A stretch of 64,000 bases of DNA from a virus (lineage: Duplodnaviria; Caudoviricetes). The translations under genes and the position numbers were made by a program. Below are positions 35,730-45,774 of this stretch, in pieces (the first letter of the stretch is position 1; each line of letters begins with the position of its first letter). The stretch is taken from positions 1 to 64,000 of IMG/VR virus record IMGVR_UViG_3300042997_002652; one strand, 5' to 3'. The notes beneath the pieces were generated by a model, which was not told the origin of the DNA, made no database searches, and was given only the letters and a program-made list of their open reading frames with translations.

Positions 35730-36191
35730 CTACTCCTTTTGTTGTTCTTTTGTTAATGCCCATACTGTTATAAAGTGGTCATATGCTAATTTTACTGCAG
35801 GAACTTCAAACATCTTTTCTACTTCTTGTTCTAATGCTTTGATACCTGCTTTTGCTGCATCTGTCGCTGAAGCACCGTGAATCGCAAAATCTTGATCAGC
35901 AAAGCTTTGTTTAAGCTCTTGCCAAAGCTCACGCTGTCGTTCAGTAATAGGCTGTTGCTTTGGTTTGTATTCCATAGCTTTAACGATAGCACTACTCATA
36001 CTATCTTCGGCGTACTTACCTGCTGCCAGCATTGGTGCAAACATGGGATCAACATCATACATGTATGAAGTCGTACCCGGTCGACATACAACAAGAGTTG
36101 TTCCTTTAGGGAAAGCATCCATTAACTCTGAATCATACTCTTTTACTGGCTTGTAACGTTTACCTACTTTTTCGTAAAATATTTTCTTCAT
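35730..36191 (-). CDS. Hypothetical protein
   Basis: 153-aa ORF. Confidence 0.7.
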   Translation of the reverse strand: MKKIFYEKVGKRYKPVKEYDSELMDAFPKGTTLVVCRPGTTSYMYDVDPMFAPMLAAGKYAEDSMSSAIVKAMEYKPKQQPITERQRELWQELKQSFADQDFAIHGASATDAAKAGIKALEQEVEKMFEVPAVKLAYDHFITVWALTKEQQKE

Positions 36192-36415
36192 GACTTTAAC
36201 TCTTCCATCATTAATCGTTTAGACCGTTCGTTAAGTTCATGCTCTTCACGTTTAATCATATGCGGAGCCATGATAGTAACATATTCTAAGATGGCTTCTT
36301 TACCCTCTTCAGTAAGATGACAATACTCTGAAGAGTAACTCTGGTAGTAAAAAGACTTGTCTTTCAAAATCTCCATCAATCCAGCATAAACTTGTTTCTC
36401 AAGCGGCGTTTTCAT
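36188..36415 (-). CDS. Hypothetical protein
   Basis: 75-aa ORF. Confidence 0.6.
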   Translation of the reverse strand: MKTPLEKQVYAGLMEILKDKSFYYQSYSSEYCHLTEEGKEAILEYVTIMAPHMIKREEHELNERSKRLMMEELKS

Positions 36416-37409
36416 AAAGAGTACCTTTGTAAGGTGAATTCAACCAACGAGCATAAGTTTCAGCTTGTTCACTGATTTTGTTAAGCTCATATTTTCCTGC
36501 AAATTTCATAAAGTGAACACCAACCTGCGGTATGTGATCAAGCTTTACTGTATCATGAATAGTTGTATCAACTTGCTGTTTGATATCTTCAGGCTGTGCT
36601 GTTAAATCAATCAAGATACGGTTACGTTCGTAATCATCACGTACTCTACGTTCAACACCAAGATGATCTGTCCACTTTTGCAGCATCATGTTGTTCCAGT
36701 TAAAACCCTTCTTGTCACTGTCAGCAAATGCTTCTATCAAGCCAACTTTGTTTTTGCTACCTTTAGTTCTAACACCGGGATATGCTGAAAACACGTTATC
36801 AGTAGCATCACCGCGCATACACTTTTCAAACAAGATAAACTGTGGATCGTCTAGTCCTTTATGCTGCTTAGTTTTCTTGTCAATCACTGGACGATCACGA
36901 TCATCGTAGTAACCACTAAGTGTGATCAACTGATTAGTAATACCATTGTACTGCTTTACATTTTCAGTAATCAGTTGAATAAAGTCAGTATCCGAAGAAA
37001 CAATAATGTGTTGATCATTTGGATGCAAGTGAATGAAACGTGCAATGATATCATCTGCTTCAGCTACGGGATTTCTGATAACTGAACAGTTTGTTTTCTC
37101 ACGCAAGTATACTGTCAGAGCCTCATAAGTATCCCAAAACATTTTGTTTTCTTCTACTTCGGATTCAGTCATTGCAGACTCATCAAGCTTTCTGTTAGCT
37201 TTATATGGCTTGTAGAAATCTTTACGCCAAGACCTGCCTTCTAAACAAAATACCACATGATCAATACCATGTCGCTTTACAACTTGATTGACTGAAGCCA
37301 GTGTAAGATGTAGTGCCATACCAATCTTTTGCCAAGTATCGGCATTACGCGATGCTACGTGACGGGCACGAAAGAAAGTGTTAGCAGTGTCTACAAGTGC
37401 GTATTTCAT
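36399..37409 (-). CDS. rnh: T4 RNase H-like 5'-3' exonuclease (FEN family)
   Basis: LVDTAN; EADDIIA; VSSDTDF; GDATDNV motifs. Confidence 0.9.
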   Translation of the reverse strand: MKYALVDTANTFFRARHVASRNADTWQKIGMALHLTLASVNQVVKRHGIDHVVFCLEGRSWRKDFYKPYKANRKLDESAMTESEVEENKMFWDTYEALTVYLREKTNCSVIRNPVAEADDIIARFIHLHPNDQHIIVSSDTDFIQLITENVKQYNGITNQLITLSGYYDDRDRPVIDKKTKQHKGLDDPQFILFEKCMRGDATDNVFSAYPGVRTKGSKNKVGLIEAFADSDKKGFNWNNMMLQKWTDHLGVERRVRDDYERNRILIDLTAQPEDIKQQVDTTIHDTVKLDHIPQVGVHFMKFAGKYELNKISEQAETYARWLNSPYKGTLYENAA

Positions 37410-37504
37410 TTATTAATCCAAAGTTATAGTAAGTTTTTATATAGTAGCATATTTAAATATAATAGCAAGATAAAAGGGCAAAAACAACACGAATAAGACA
37501 ACCA

Positions 37505-37945
37505 CTACAAGAAAGTTTCTATAAAATCCCAGTATTCGGGCATAGACGGATCTCTGTATGGATTACCTTTGTAACCATGCCATATTCTTGTTTTGTGCCC
37601 GGCACGATAATTTTTCACCGTAATTCCTTTTAGTTTTGAATGACCGTAACCATGCTCTTTTCGTATTCTTTCTTTGGTATCATCTTCCGGGTATTCAACC
37701 GCATTTATTCCTAGAATTTCGTAATGTTCCAGCGTATGAAGAGGATAATATGAATCGTCTTTTACCCATGATAAAAACCTATCATGGTCCGCACAATAAA
37801 TAGCAGGGCGGTGTAACCAGTCACAGTATGTTTCTTTTATTATAAGTCTGCAATTCAAATGCTCTTTATTTTTTTGTAGTGTATTGAGTATAAAAAGTTC
37901 AATCTCAGATAAACCTTCTACCCATTTTTGTGTAACTCCTATCAT
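37505..37945 (-). CDS. Hypothetical protein
   Basis: 146-aa ORF. Confidence 0.6.
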   Translation of the reverse strand: MIGVTQKWVEGLSEIELFILNTLQKNKEHLNCRLIIKETYCDWLHRPAIYCADHDRFLSWVKDDSYYPLHTLEHYEILGINAVEYPEDDTKERIRKEHGYGHSKLKGITVKNYRAGHKTRIWHGYKGNPYRDPSMPEYWDFIETFL

Positions 37946-37955
37946 AATAAAATCT

Positions 37956-38072
37956 TCAACTCACCTCTGCCCGGCCATCGCCGATATTTTTAGTTTGAAT
38001 TACTCGTATTTGGGATCGTATGTCCTAGTATGCTGGTTGATATTCATGCATTCTAACATTACATTTTTGTAT
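37956..38072 (-). pseudogene. Degenerate duplicate of the 3' end of the 39701-40144 gene
   Basis: 37958-38011 matches 39703-39756 at 48/54 nt; encodes IRVIQTKNIGDGRAEVS*; upstream part broken by a stop and a frameshift. Confidence 0.8.
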
Positions 38073-38108
38073 CAGCAGGTATACTTATTTACCCACGTGA
38101 TATGTTAC

Positions 38109-39116
38109 CTATAAATTATCAAGCCTAGAATATACTACAGTGTTATCGCTACTTTTTGCGTTTTTGTTAAGTGTTTGATTACTTTGTCTTTTACTACTTG
38201 CTACTGTAAGAATATCCGAAATTTGATATCCAAATTCTTTATGATACTTTTCAACATCAACGTTCATATCACGATTTTTAACCTTTCCCACATTCCAGCA
38301 GCTAACTCCATTTTCATTAAGGTGAACTAATCCTAACCTAATAACTTCTCTCAAAAAATCGTCAGCCCAATCTTGATACGTAGACATGTTTTTAATACTT
38401 TGAGTATCTTCGTGTACATACACTTCTAAATCAAAATAGGGAGGACTGGTAAGCACCATATCAACTTTAGGAATGTTATAACGTGACATATTTCTAGCAT
38501 CATCACATATTAACGTGACCTTATCTTGGATTCCGAGAAAGTTTACAATCTTTATTAGATTGTTATATGTTGTAGTGTTTGGTTCAAACCCAATGTAGTT
38601 AGCACCATAGCTGACTGTACCTAACATTCTACCTCCCCAACCTGCACAAGGGTCTAAAACATATTTAGGTTTGTATTTAATACATGTCAGTTTCATCATT
38701 TGAGGACGATACATTGTGTTTTTTGTCATACCACAGCAAAAGTAAATTCCCCGTTTTATCTCACTCAAATACGGAGTACTATGGCTCTTGCGGTTCCAAC
38801 GTAAAATCTTTTCTAAGTTCTTAGCCGTCCATAGACTTTTGTAACTTGTGCCAGTTGCGCTCTCAATATCGTAAAAGTTGGGACAAAAGTGTTCGCTCAA
38901 CTTCATACCTAGGCGACTAGTAGAATTGATACTATCTTCTGTAGTAGTCCAATCGCAAAGCTTTTTCCAATCCTTTCTCATATCTTCATCAGTATAAGAA
39001 AAGTAAAAACTAGTCTGCTCAAGTTCTAGGGCAAGCATGGGTAATGCTGCTTCAAAATCAGCATCACTCATGTTTCTAGTAGAATGTCGTTTGTTTAAAA
39101 TATCACGTAAGAGCAT
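38109..39116 (-). CDS. Amino (N4-C/N6-A) DNA methyltransferase
   Basis: LDPCAGWGGR (motif I) then LTSPPY (motif IV); probable start at 39116 overlapping the upstream stop. Confidence 0.85.
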   Translation of the reverse strand: MLLRDILNKRHSTRNMSDADFEAALPMLALELEQTSFYFSYTDEDMRKDWKKLCDWTTTEDSINSTSRLGMKLSEHFCPNFYDIESATGTSYKSLWTAKNLEKILRWNRKSHSTPYLSEIKRGIYFCCGMTKNTMYRPQMMKLTCIKYKPKYVLDPCAGWGGRMLGTVSYGANYIGFEPNTTTYNNLIKIVNFLGIQDKVTLICDDARNMSRYNIPKVDMVLTSPPYFDLEVYVHEDTQSIKNMSTYQDWADDFLREVIRLGLVHLNENGVSCWNVGKVKNRDMNVDVEKYHKEFGYQISDILTVASSKRQSNQTLNKNAKSSDNTVVYSRLDNL

Positions 39117-39699
39117 TATATCTCTTTTTAAGCATATCAAAGTGCGGCTTAGATATGCTATTTGTTTCGGCAATGAGATTTTCGTTTAGATACTTAATCT
39201 GCAAGCTATCATGATCATAATTCTTGTAACCGAATTCACATACTACTCTTTTGCCAATCCTGGCGCTATCAACTCTCGTCTTGAGTTTGGGCTTAATTAC
39301 CTCGTACGGAATTTCAATGACATACAGGAATCTCCCTTCATGAAAACCGGCGCAAATAACATCACACCCGTCCTTCTTATCCAGCAATTCATTTGTCATA
39401 TCATTGAAATTGCCACTATTGGCACCGATCTTTTGACCTTCAACGATAAACTTAGGCTTAACCTCTTTTTGCTTGCCTGTTAGAGGACAGTAGCCATCCA
39501 TGCCATGCTTTTCCGTATATGAAGTATAATTTAGCATACGCAGTACCATTGCCTCTCTAAGCGTTGATGAATTATTATCACTTAGCATAGCCAACAACAA
39601 ATTGCGATATCCTGGATCTAAATTTTCAAATACGCTATCATTTCCTAAGGCATATTGGATAGCAAGGTCAATATTTTCGTCTGAAAGTAAATTTTTCAT
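39103..39699 (-). CDS. Putative type II restriction endonuclease (PD-(D/E)xK)
   Basis: HGMDG-x9-EVK pattern; translationally coupled to the methyltransferase. Confidence 0.5.
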   Translation of the reverse strand: MKNLLSDENIDLAIQYALGNDSVFENLDPGYRNLLLAMLSDNNSSTLREAMVLRMLNYTSYTEKHGMDGYCPLTGKQKEVKPKFIVEGQKIGANSGNFNDMTNELLDKKDGCDVICAGFHEGRFLYVIEIPYEVIKPKLKTRVDSARIGKRVVCEFGYKNYDHDSLQIKYLNENLIAETNSISKPHFDMLKKRYNALT

Positions 39700-39700
39700 C

Positions 39701-40144
39701 TTAACTCACCTCTGTCCTTCCATCACCGATATCTTTAGTTTGAATTACTCGCATTTGTTGAGCGCGAGTGTCTGGATCTGCTTGTTGCTGTTCATACATT
39801 TCTAGTACTACGTTTCTGCATACTTGTGTAAACCAACGATCTACGATATCTGCATCAGTATCGTCAGGTTTCATTTTGTACCCAGCTTTAATTAAGTTTA
39901 ACACAAACTTATCGTTCCAGTCAAGATCAAATGAACCATTATTAATATCATTTGGATCAACATCAACTTTCAAAATATTGATATATGGGTCACCTTTTGC
40001 GGTTGCTTGTTCTTTTGCGCTTAGTGTGGGTTCAACTGGTTTAGGTTTTTTAGCTCTAGGCTTTGGTTCTTTAACAGGTTTTTCTACTGGCTGCTCTGGT
40101 TGTGCTTCAGCTTTCTTAAATAGATTTTTCAGTTTATCAAACAT
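39701..40144 (-). CDS. Hypothetical protein
   Basis: Probable start MFDKLK at 40144; GSFDLDWNDKFV...DRWF motif. Confidence 0.7.
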   Translation of the reverse strand: MFDKLKNLFKKAEAQPEQPVEKPVKEPKPRAKKPKPVEPTLSAKEQATAKGDPYINILKVDVDPNDINNGSFDLDWNDKFVLNLIKAGYKMKPDDTDADIVDRWFTQVCRNVVLEMYEQQQADPDTRAQQMRVIQTKDIGDGRTEVS

Positions 40145-41156
40145 TAGTTTTCTCCTTAATGTATGTATCGTATAATGCAAAGCTAGCAAGGTTTTTTGCT
40201 TTGCTTTCGCACAGCATGTCGGCCCACTCATTGTGAGTTATAGCCCAATCATTAACCGCTGTGTTCCAATAGTAATCAGAATGAGCGCGAAGGTGTTGTT
40301 TTTTGTGCCCAGTTTCTAATAGTGTAGTAAGATTGGGTAGTGTGTTTTTACAATGATTAACTAAGTAATCTTCGCGTGAAACACTATAATGAATAACAGG
40401 TCTAACACCGCGCCAAGAATCAATCACTCGCTTGATACGATCATCTGTAGCTTCAATATACTCACCTGTTTTCACCCAATGATGATGAATATCTAGGACT
40501 AGTGCAACATGATCTGCAAGCTCAAGTGAAGCATCCAATCCCCATGTCATTTCGTCATTTTCAATAGTGATCATGTTTCTTGCTTCAGGAGACAAACGAG
40601 GCAAAACGTCAATAATACCTTGAGGACCTTTTCTGCCAGAGATATGCACATTGATCTTAAAGTCTTGAAACTGTTTGCCATAGCCCATCATGCGAGCCAT
40701 ATCAACATGATATTCAAATTCTCTAATAGAGTTTTCTACTATAGAGGGAGTTTCCGAAGCTAGCACTGTAAACTGACCGGGGTGAAATGAAAGTCTAACG
40801 TTATGCTTTCTAGCAGTTTCACCAATGGGCGCAAATAGTTGCTCCATGCGCTTTACTACGTCAGGCAGTTTGTAAAAGTATTGCCAATCTTCGTGAGTGT
40901 AGGCTGTCATCATGTCGCTCGTCAACCTCACAATTCTAAGCTCAAGTGGAAGTTTAGCAACACGCATAACAAGATTATGTGTGTGTTTGATGTTAGTTTC
41001 CATTACTTCCCACATTTTGCGTTCAGCTACATTCTTGCCCACTTTTTTCAAGTAAGTAAGAGTAGTGCCGCCAGTGTTAAGACCTTCAACACTTTCAACA
41101 AGACCTTTCTTGTTGATTGCTACAAATTTACACGCAAATCCAATCTTTTTGATCAT
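40137..41156 (-). CDS. uvsE: UV damage endonuclease (UvsE/UvdE)
   Basis: IGFACK; RLSFHPGQFTVLAS; ITIENDE; LDIHHH; IHYS; AHSD; MLCESKAK. Confidence 0.92.
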   Translation of the reverse strand: MIKKIGFACKFVAINKKGLVESVEGLNTGGTTLTYLKKVGKNVAERKMWEVMETNIKHTHNLVMRVAKLPLELRIVRLTSDMMTAYTHEDWQYFYKLPDVVKRMEQLFAPIGETARKHNVRLSFHPGQFTVLASETPSIVENSIREFEYHVDMARMMGYGKQFQDFKINVHISGRKGPQGIIDVLPRLSPEARNMITIENDEMTWGLDASLELADHVALVLDIHHHWVKTGEYIEATDDRIKRVIDSWRGVRPVIHYSVSREDYLVNHCKNTLPNLTTLLETGHKKQHLRAHSDYYWNTAVNDWAITHNEWADMLCESKAKNLASFALYDTYIKEKTNV

Positions 41157-41188
41157 TGTAGATACCCAGTATAATGATAGACTAGTTA

Positions 41189-41216
41189 AGTATACACGGT
41201 TATTTAGAAATGTCAA
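41189..41216 (-). promoter_or_regulatory. Sigma70-type promoter for uvsE
   Basis: TTGACA-N16-TATACT. Confidence 0.75.
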
Positions 41217-41259
41217 TAGATTTGATGAGAAAGGGGTATATTATTATACCCCTTACATA

Positions 41260-42528
41260 TCAATGCTTTAAGAGTAGGGTACTTAGTACGCCCTGAGAGT
41301 TTGCTGTTAGATCGGGTTCACCGGGAGCAATGATAACATTCCATATATTGTTTATAGAATCTTTACCCTTTTTCTCCCATTCATCATAGCTAAGAATAGT
41401 ATTTTTATTTAAACCGTATTTAATTGCTAGTCTGTCTTTAAGAGTATCTAATGTTCCTGGCTGAAGTTGCCATTGTCCACTTGGTCCCTTTTCCAACTTT
41501 CCGTCTTTCTTGAGCAACAAATCTTTGAATAATTCGTCGGGAACAATTCTAGAGTTCTTTGTTTTTTCTAAGTTAGGATCAGTTGCTTTAACTTGTCTTT
41601 CTTGTTGTTTACTAGCACCCTCACTCCAGTTTATCATAAAGTTGTCTGGTTTCTTTCCTAATGCTGCTCCAGCGATTTTAGTGTAAGCATAGAAATTAAC
41701 ATCAGGTATAGATTGAGCCATTTTAAATGCCAAATCCATATACTGCGGACTAAAGAAATCCCCAGCATCGTGCCATCTAATAGTAACACGATATCCGTTT
41801 TTATCTCCTAAACGTTTTTCTTTTTCAATTTCGGTTTTCAATTGATTAAAGAACCCGTCTGGATCATTTAACAAATATGTTAATATTCTACCATCGCTTA
41901 TCCATGCGTTCTTGAACTGAATCTTTCCGCCTTTCATAGCAAAACAATCAACTTTACATGATCCAGCACCCGGACATGTATTTACGATAATCAATTTATT
42001 ATCTGATTCATCAACTGCGATACCAGTTAACGCAGCAAAACCAACGTTAAAGAACTGTTCTAGTTCTCCGCTGGAGTGTTTCATTTTTTCGTTTTCTTTT
42101 AACAGTTCTTTTGGTCTTTGAGACAACACATCAATAACTTTCTTTTCGTCATATCTGTTACCCGCCGCATCGTAATATTCTATTACGCTAGATCGGTGCA
42201 TGTATGGTAATTTATATCTATCTGTCTTTTCTTTACCCGATACATACTTTTCAATACCTTTCTTATCTACTTTAGGATTACCTTGTTTATCTAAGTCAGG
42301 TGTTCCTATGATTCTTTTCATATAATCTTGAAATTCTTGATCACCAAATTCTCTAGAAGGAGCCGAGAGTTTCGTAGCTTCGTCTACAACTTCATCTTCC
42401 GAAATCTCGTCATCACTTAGTTCAGCTTGTACGAATTCTTCTGGTGACATTATCTCTACGCCAGCAGTTGACCCCGGAAGCGACTCTGCCGCTTCATTAA
42501 TAATATCTAAAAGTTTTCTAAAATCCAT
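41260..42528 (-). CDS. Gp88-like protein with three-Cys cluster
   Basis: TCPGAGSCKVDCFA; RWHDAGDF; FYAYTK; leader MDFRKLLDIINE. Confidence 0.65.
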   Translation of the reverse strand: MDFRKLLDIINEAAESLPGSTAGVEIMSPEEFVQAELSDDEISEDEVVDEATKLSAPSREFGDQEFQDYMKRIIGTPDLDKQGNPKVDKKGIEKYVSGKEKTDRYKLPYMHRSSVIEYYDAAGNRYDEKKVIDVLSQRPKELLKENEKMKHSSGELEQFFNVGFAALTGIAVDESDNKLIIVNTCPGAGSCKVDCFAMKGGKIQFKNAWISDGRILTYLLNDPDGFFNQLKTEIEKEKRLGDKNGYRVTIRWHDAGDFFSPQYMDLAFKMAQSIPDVNFYAYTKIAGAALGKKPDNFMINWSEGASKQQERQVKATDPNLEKTKNSRIVPDELFKDLLLKKDGKLEKGPSGQWQLQPGTLDTLKDRLAIKYGLNKNTILSYDEWEKKGKDSINNIWNVIIAPGEPDLTANSQGVLSTLLLKH

Positions 42529-42550
42529 AATAAGTTACCTGTCAGTTGTA

Positions 42551-43393
42551 CTATTTATCTAAAGTAAGCAGTTGTTCAACAGTATACAACTCTACCATAT
42601 ACGGTGAAACATTTTCTAATACACTTGATGGTAAGTCCCCTTTCCTCCTAGAACCTTCTTTAACTTTAAAGTCACAGTTGTTTACTTGTTTAAATATATC
42701 AACCATTTCTCTTACAGTGTGACCGATCCCGTGCCCTAAGCTTTCTACTTTGTTACTAGGAGTTTCAATAGCTAACTTTAATGCAGTACATATTTCCATA
42801 ACATGTACATAATCTCTAACCGCTGTACCGTCCCATGATTCTCTATAGTCAGTACCAAAGATAGTAAACTCATCAGTGTCTCGTGCTTTCATTAAATTAT
42901 ACATTAAGCCGTCAGGATTAGTTGGCTTGATACCATAATGACTACCGATCACATTATAAAATCTAAAAATAGTATAATCCATTGGCTTGTGTACAGTACA
43001 CATTTCTCTTACACAATCTTCTGCTGCCCGTTTACTAATACCATATGCTGATTCACACCCAACCGCTGCTCCAGTAGATGCAAATATAAAGTTGTTAGTT
43101 GGTATTTTATTCATTACATTTGTTGTACCATTTAGGTTAGTAAAATAGTACAGCATAGGCATTTGTTCACTTTCCCCTACATTAACTAATGCTGCTAAGT
43201 GAATAACAGCGTCATATGGTTCAGTTTGATCTGGGATAGTAAACAGTCTAGTAATGTCTACTTGATAAAACTTTTTGATAGGTACTTGAGGTTCTTTAAC
43301 ATCTAAACCATGTATTTCATATTCGTTTTCTAATAGTTTGCAAAGATGTGAACCAATATACCCTGAGCAACCTGTAATTAAAATCTTTTTCAT
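42551..43393 (-). CDS. galE: NAD-dependent nucleotide-sugar epimerase/dehydratase (GalE-like)
   Basis: ITGCSGYIGSH; HLAA; YGISK; RDYVHV. Confidence 0.85.
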   Translation of the reverse strand: MKKILITGCSGYIGSHLCKLLENEYEIHGLDVKEPQVPIKKFYQVDITRLFTIPDQTEPYDAVIHLAALVNVGESEQMPMLYYFTNLNGTTNVMNKIPTNNFIFASTGAAVGCESAYGISKRAAEDCVREMCTVHKPMDYTIFRFYNVIGSHYGIKPTNPDGLMYNLMKARDTDEFTIFGTDYRESWDGTAVRDYVHVMEICTALKLAIETPSNKVESLGHGIGHTVREMVDIFKQVNNCDFKVKEGSRRKGDLPSSVLENVSPYMVELYTVEQLLTLDK

Positions 43394-44745
43394 TATAATC
43401 CTTCAAATAATGCATTTGGTGTATCATCTGTTGGTACAAAAGTTAAATCTTTTGTTAACCATGTATCTTGATCTGTATATATTACTCTAAACTTGTGTTT
43501 ATTAGATAATACGCTTTCAAAGTCCTCTCTTGCTATTTGTGTTCTGTTGAGGTCTTTTATATAGTCTTTGTAATTTACGGTTTCGTAAGTGTTTATCTTA
43601 GCTGTATTAGTTTTTGCTTGTTTAGCTTTAAAGTCAACTAACAACTGTTCCCAGCCTTCTGCAACTTGATCATCTAACGATCTGACGTAATCCAAAGCTT
43701 CAGGAAGTTGATTAATACCAGCTAACGCCAAGATATATTCATGTGCTTGTGATAAACTTGTTTTATGATAGAATTTGCTATCAAAGTTATCTGACCAATC
43801 TTGAGTATCTAGAACTACGCAAGGCATGTGTCCTAAACATTCTAAAAAGGCAAACGGATAGTTTTCTCTTAAACTAGGCATGAAAAATATTTTAGAACTT
43901 TTAATAAAGTCTACTTTTTCACTACCCACTATACCTGCTTTTATTTGATAGTCTGTTATACCTGCTTCTTTAAAAGCTTTTTCAAACTTTTTAGCACCGT
44001 TGGAATTAGTCATTACTTTGCAGGGTAACTTACACTCTTTCATCACTTTAATATATGCTTCAGGGTTTTTACCTTCTTCCCATCTGCCGATAAACAACAC
44101 ACCCGATTTAGTTCCTGCATAGGGTTCTAGTAATTGTCTTTCGCTCATTGGCATTTTTAACAGCTTACAATTAGTAGAACCATGTTTGGTTAATTCGTTG
44201 ATATTTTTTTGACTTTGTGTTCCTATAATAATATCACTAAACTCCATGTGCTTGTTATAGAAGTTGTGATAACTTGATAGAAAAACATCACTACCTTGTG
44301 TTTCTCTAAAGATCATACTGTGTAAATGAGTATAGAACACGATTGGTATGTAGCTGTTTAGAGTCATTGCATAAGCAGCAGACATTGCTTCCTGTGTGTT
44401 ACATATTAGCATATCATAAATGTTTGTTTCAAACCCGATAATAATAGATTTGCGAAAGTTTACTATCTTTTCAAAGTTAATAGTATCACTAAATGCAAAT
44501 GTATTAGTATGGTCAGTGTATCTAAGGTTGTCTGAAGGATAAACAATGTTTGCACCTAATGACTGCAACAGTTCACTAAACTCGTTAGTAGGTTTTTTAT
44601 CTACGATGATATCAACTTTCCATTGTAGTCTTGCACACATTTCAGTAAAACCTTTAGCAAACTGGCCTATCCCGCCGTGAGGGATAAGATGCTGGTCGCT
44701 TATTAAAAATCCAATTCTTTTGTTATATGTTTTTATGTTCCCCAC
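43393..44745 (-). CDS. GT-B glycosyltransferase (GT4-like)
   Basis: PHGGIGQF; FIGRWEEGKNP; ENYPFAFLE (E-x7-E). Confidence 0.85.
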   Translation of the reverse strand: MGNIKTYNKRIGFLISDQHLIPHGGIGQFAKGFTEMCARLQWKVDIIVDKKPTNEFSELLQSLGANIVYPSDNLRYTDHTNTFAFSDTINFEKIVNFRKSIIIGFETNIYDMLICNTQEAMSAAYAMTLNSYIPIVFYTHLHSMIFRETQGSDVFLSSYHNFYNKHMEFSDIIIGTQSQKNINELTKHGSTNCKLLKMPMSERQLLEPYAGTKSGVLFIGRWEEGKNPEAYIKVMKECKLPCKVMTNSNGAKKFEKAFKEAGITDYQIKAGIVGSEKVDFIKSSKIFFMPSLRENYPFAFLECLGHMPCVVLDTQDWSDNFDSKFYHKTSLSQAHEYILALAGINQLPEALDYVRSLDDQVAEGWEQLLVDFKAKQAKTNTAKINTYETVNYKDYIKDLNRTQIAREDFESVLSNKHKFRVIYTDQDTWLTKDLTFVPTDDTPNALFEGL

Positions 44746-45578
44746 CTATTCCCAAAAAGCGGGATATGAAGTCTATCGCTGTATCTTAATCCATGTTTCA
44801 TAGCTAGTTCAGCTACCCGTTGATTGTTTAACCTATATACGCTTTCTACGCCACCGATTGGCATCAAGTAAACAGGACCTTTGAACCCTTCTTTTCTATA
44901 CAATTCAGTTACTTCTATAGCTTCCATAGCATCTTCATCGGTTGCTATAACAAACTTTAAGTAAGTGTATCCTGCATTTTGATAATCTACAACGATTTCG
45001 GGAATAATAGCATCTTCACGTTTTTCACCTGAACAACTTAATTTAGGACTTACTGAAAATGTGATTTCTCTATCCCAATGCTGAGCCGCCCACTCATTCC
45101 TTAAGTAATGTCTAAACTCTTTAAACAATGGTTGTGTGCCATTAGTTTCAAACGTAATCTCTTTTAATGATTGCATCTTTGGATGATTTAATAAGTCAGG
45201 ATAAGATCGTTGCCACCCTAACAAAGGTTCACCACCAGTAATAACCAAATGTTCGTCACGCCATTCTTTAAATGGCAACAGATTAACTATTGCTTCAGCA
45301 ATCGCATCAGTAGTAAGTTTAGGGGATAAGTGTTTAAAGTTTACATCCCAGCTTGCGTAACTGTCACAACCAGTCGTAACTAATGGCAAGTCATTATAGT
45401 TTTTATAGCTTTTAGGATGAATTAGATTTCTTTCGTTACTGATTTCACCTTTAGGCATACCAAATCCTGAACAAGTGAAGTTGCAACCAAATGTTCGTAA
45501 GAATACACTTGGTACACCAGTATATCTGCCTTCTCCTTGTACTGAATAAAATAGTTCGCTGATCTTTATATTAGACAT
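44733..45578 (-). CDS. queE: 7-carboxy-7-deazaguanine synthase (radical SAM)
   Basis: ELFYSVQGEG; FLRTFGCNFTC...GCDS; ITGGEP; ETNGT; SVSPK; RLHI. Confidence 0.93.
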   Translation of the reverse strand: MSNIKISELFYSVQGEGRYTGVPSVFLRTFGCNFTCSGFGMPKGEISNERNLIHPKSYKNYNDLPLVTTGCDSYASWDVNFKHLSPKLTTDAIAEAIVNLLPFKEWRDEHLVITGGEPLLGWQRSYPDLLNHPKMQSLKEITFETNGTQPLFKEFRHYLRNEWAAQHWDREITFSVSPKLSCSGEKREDAIIPEIVVDYQNAGYTYLKFVIATDEDAMEAIEVTELYRKEGFKGPVYLMPIGGVESVYRLNNQRVAELAMKHGLRYSDRLHIPLFGNRWGT

Positions 45579-45774
45579 TTGTATCTCGTTTAGTTTTCAG
45601 GGTCGGGTTCTCTACCGGTCTGCATGATAACTGACTATCACACAAACCGTATCTAGTAGTTTCTGTTATTATCTCATAACCGTTGTAAATTACAACCTTT
45701 TCGGTAGTTTCTGTTTCTAAAAACTTTTTAAAAGAACCAAGTGTGTCCCATTTTAACTTTTTGGGTACATACAT
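45571..45774 (-). CDS. Hypothetical protein
   Basis: 67 aa from MYVPKK; TAATG overlap with the PRTase stop. Confidence 0.6.
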   Translation of the reverse strand: MYVPKKLKWDTLGSFKKFLETETTEKVVIYNGYEIITETTRYGLCDSQLSCRPVENPTLKTKRDTNV

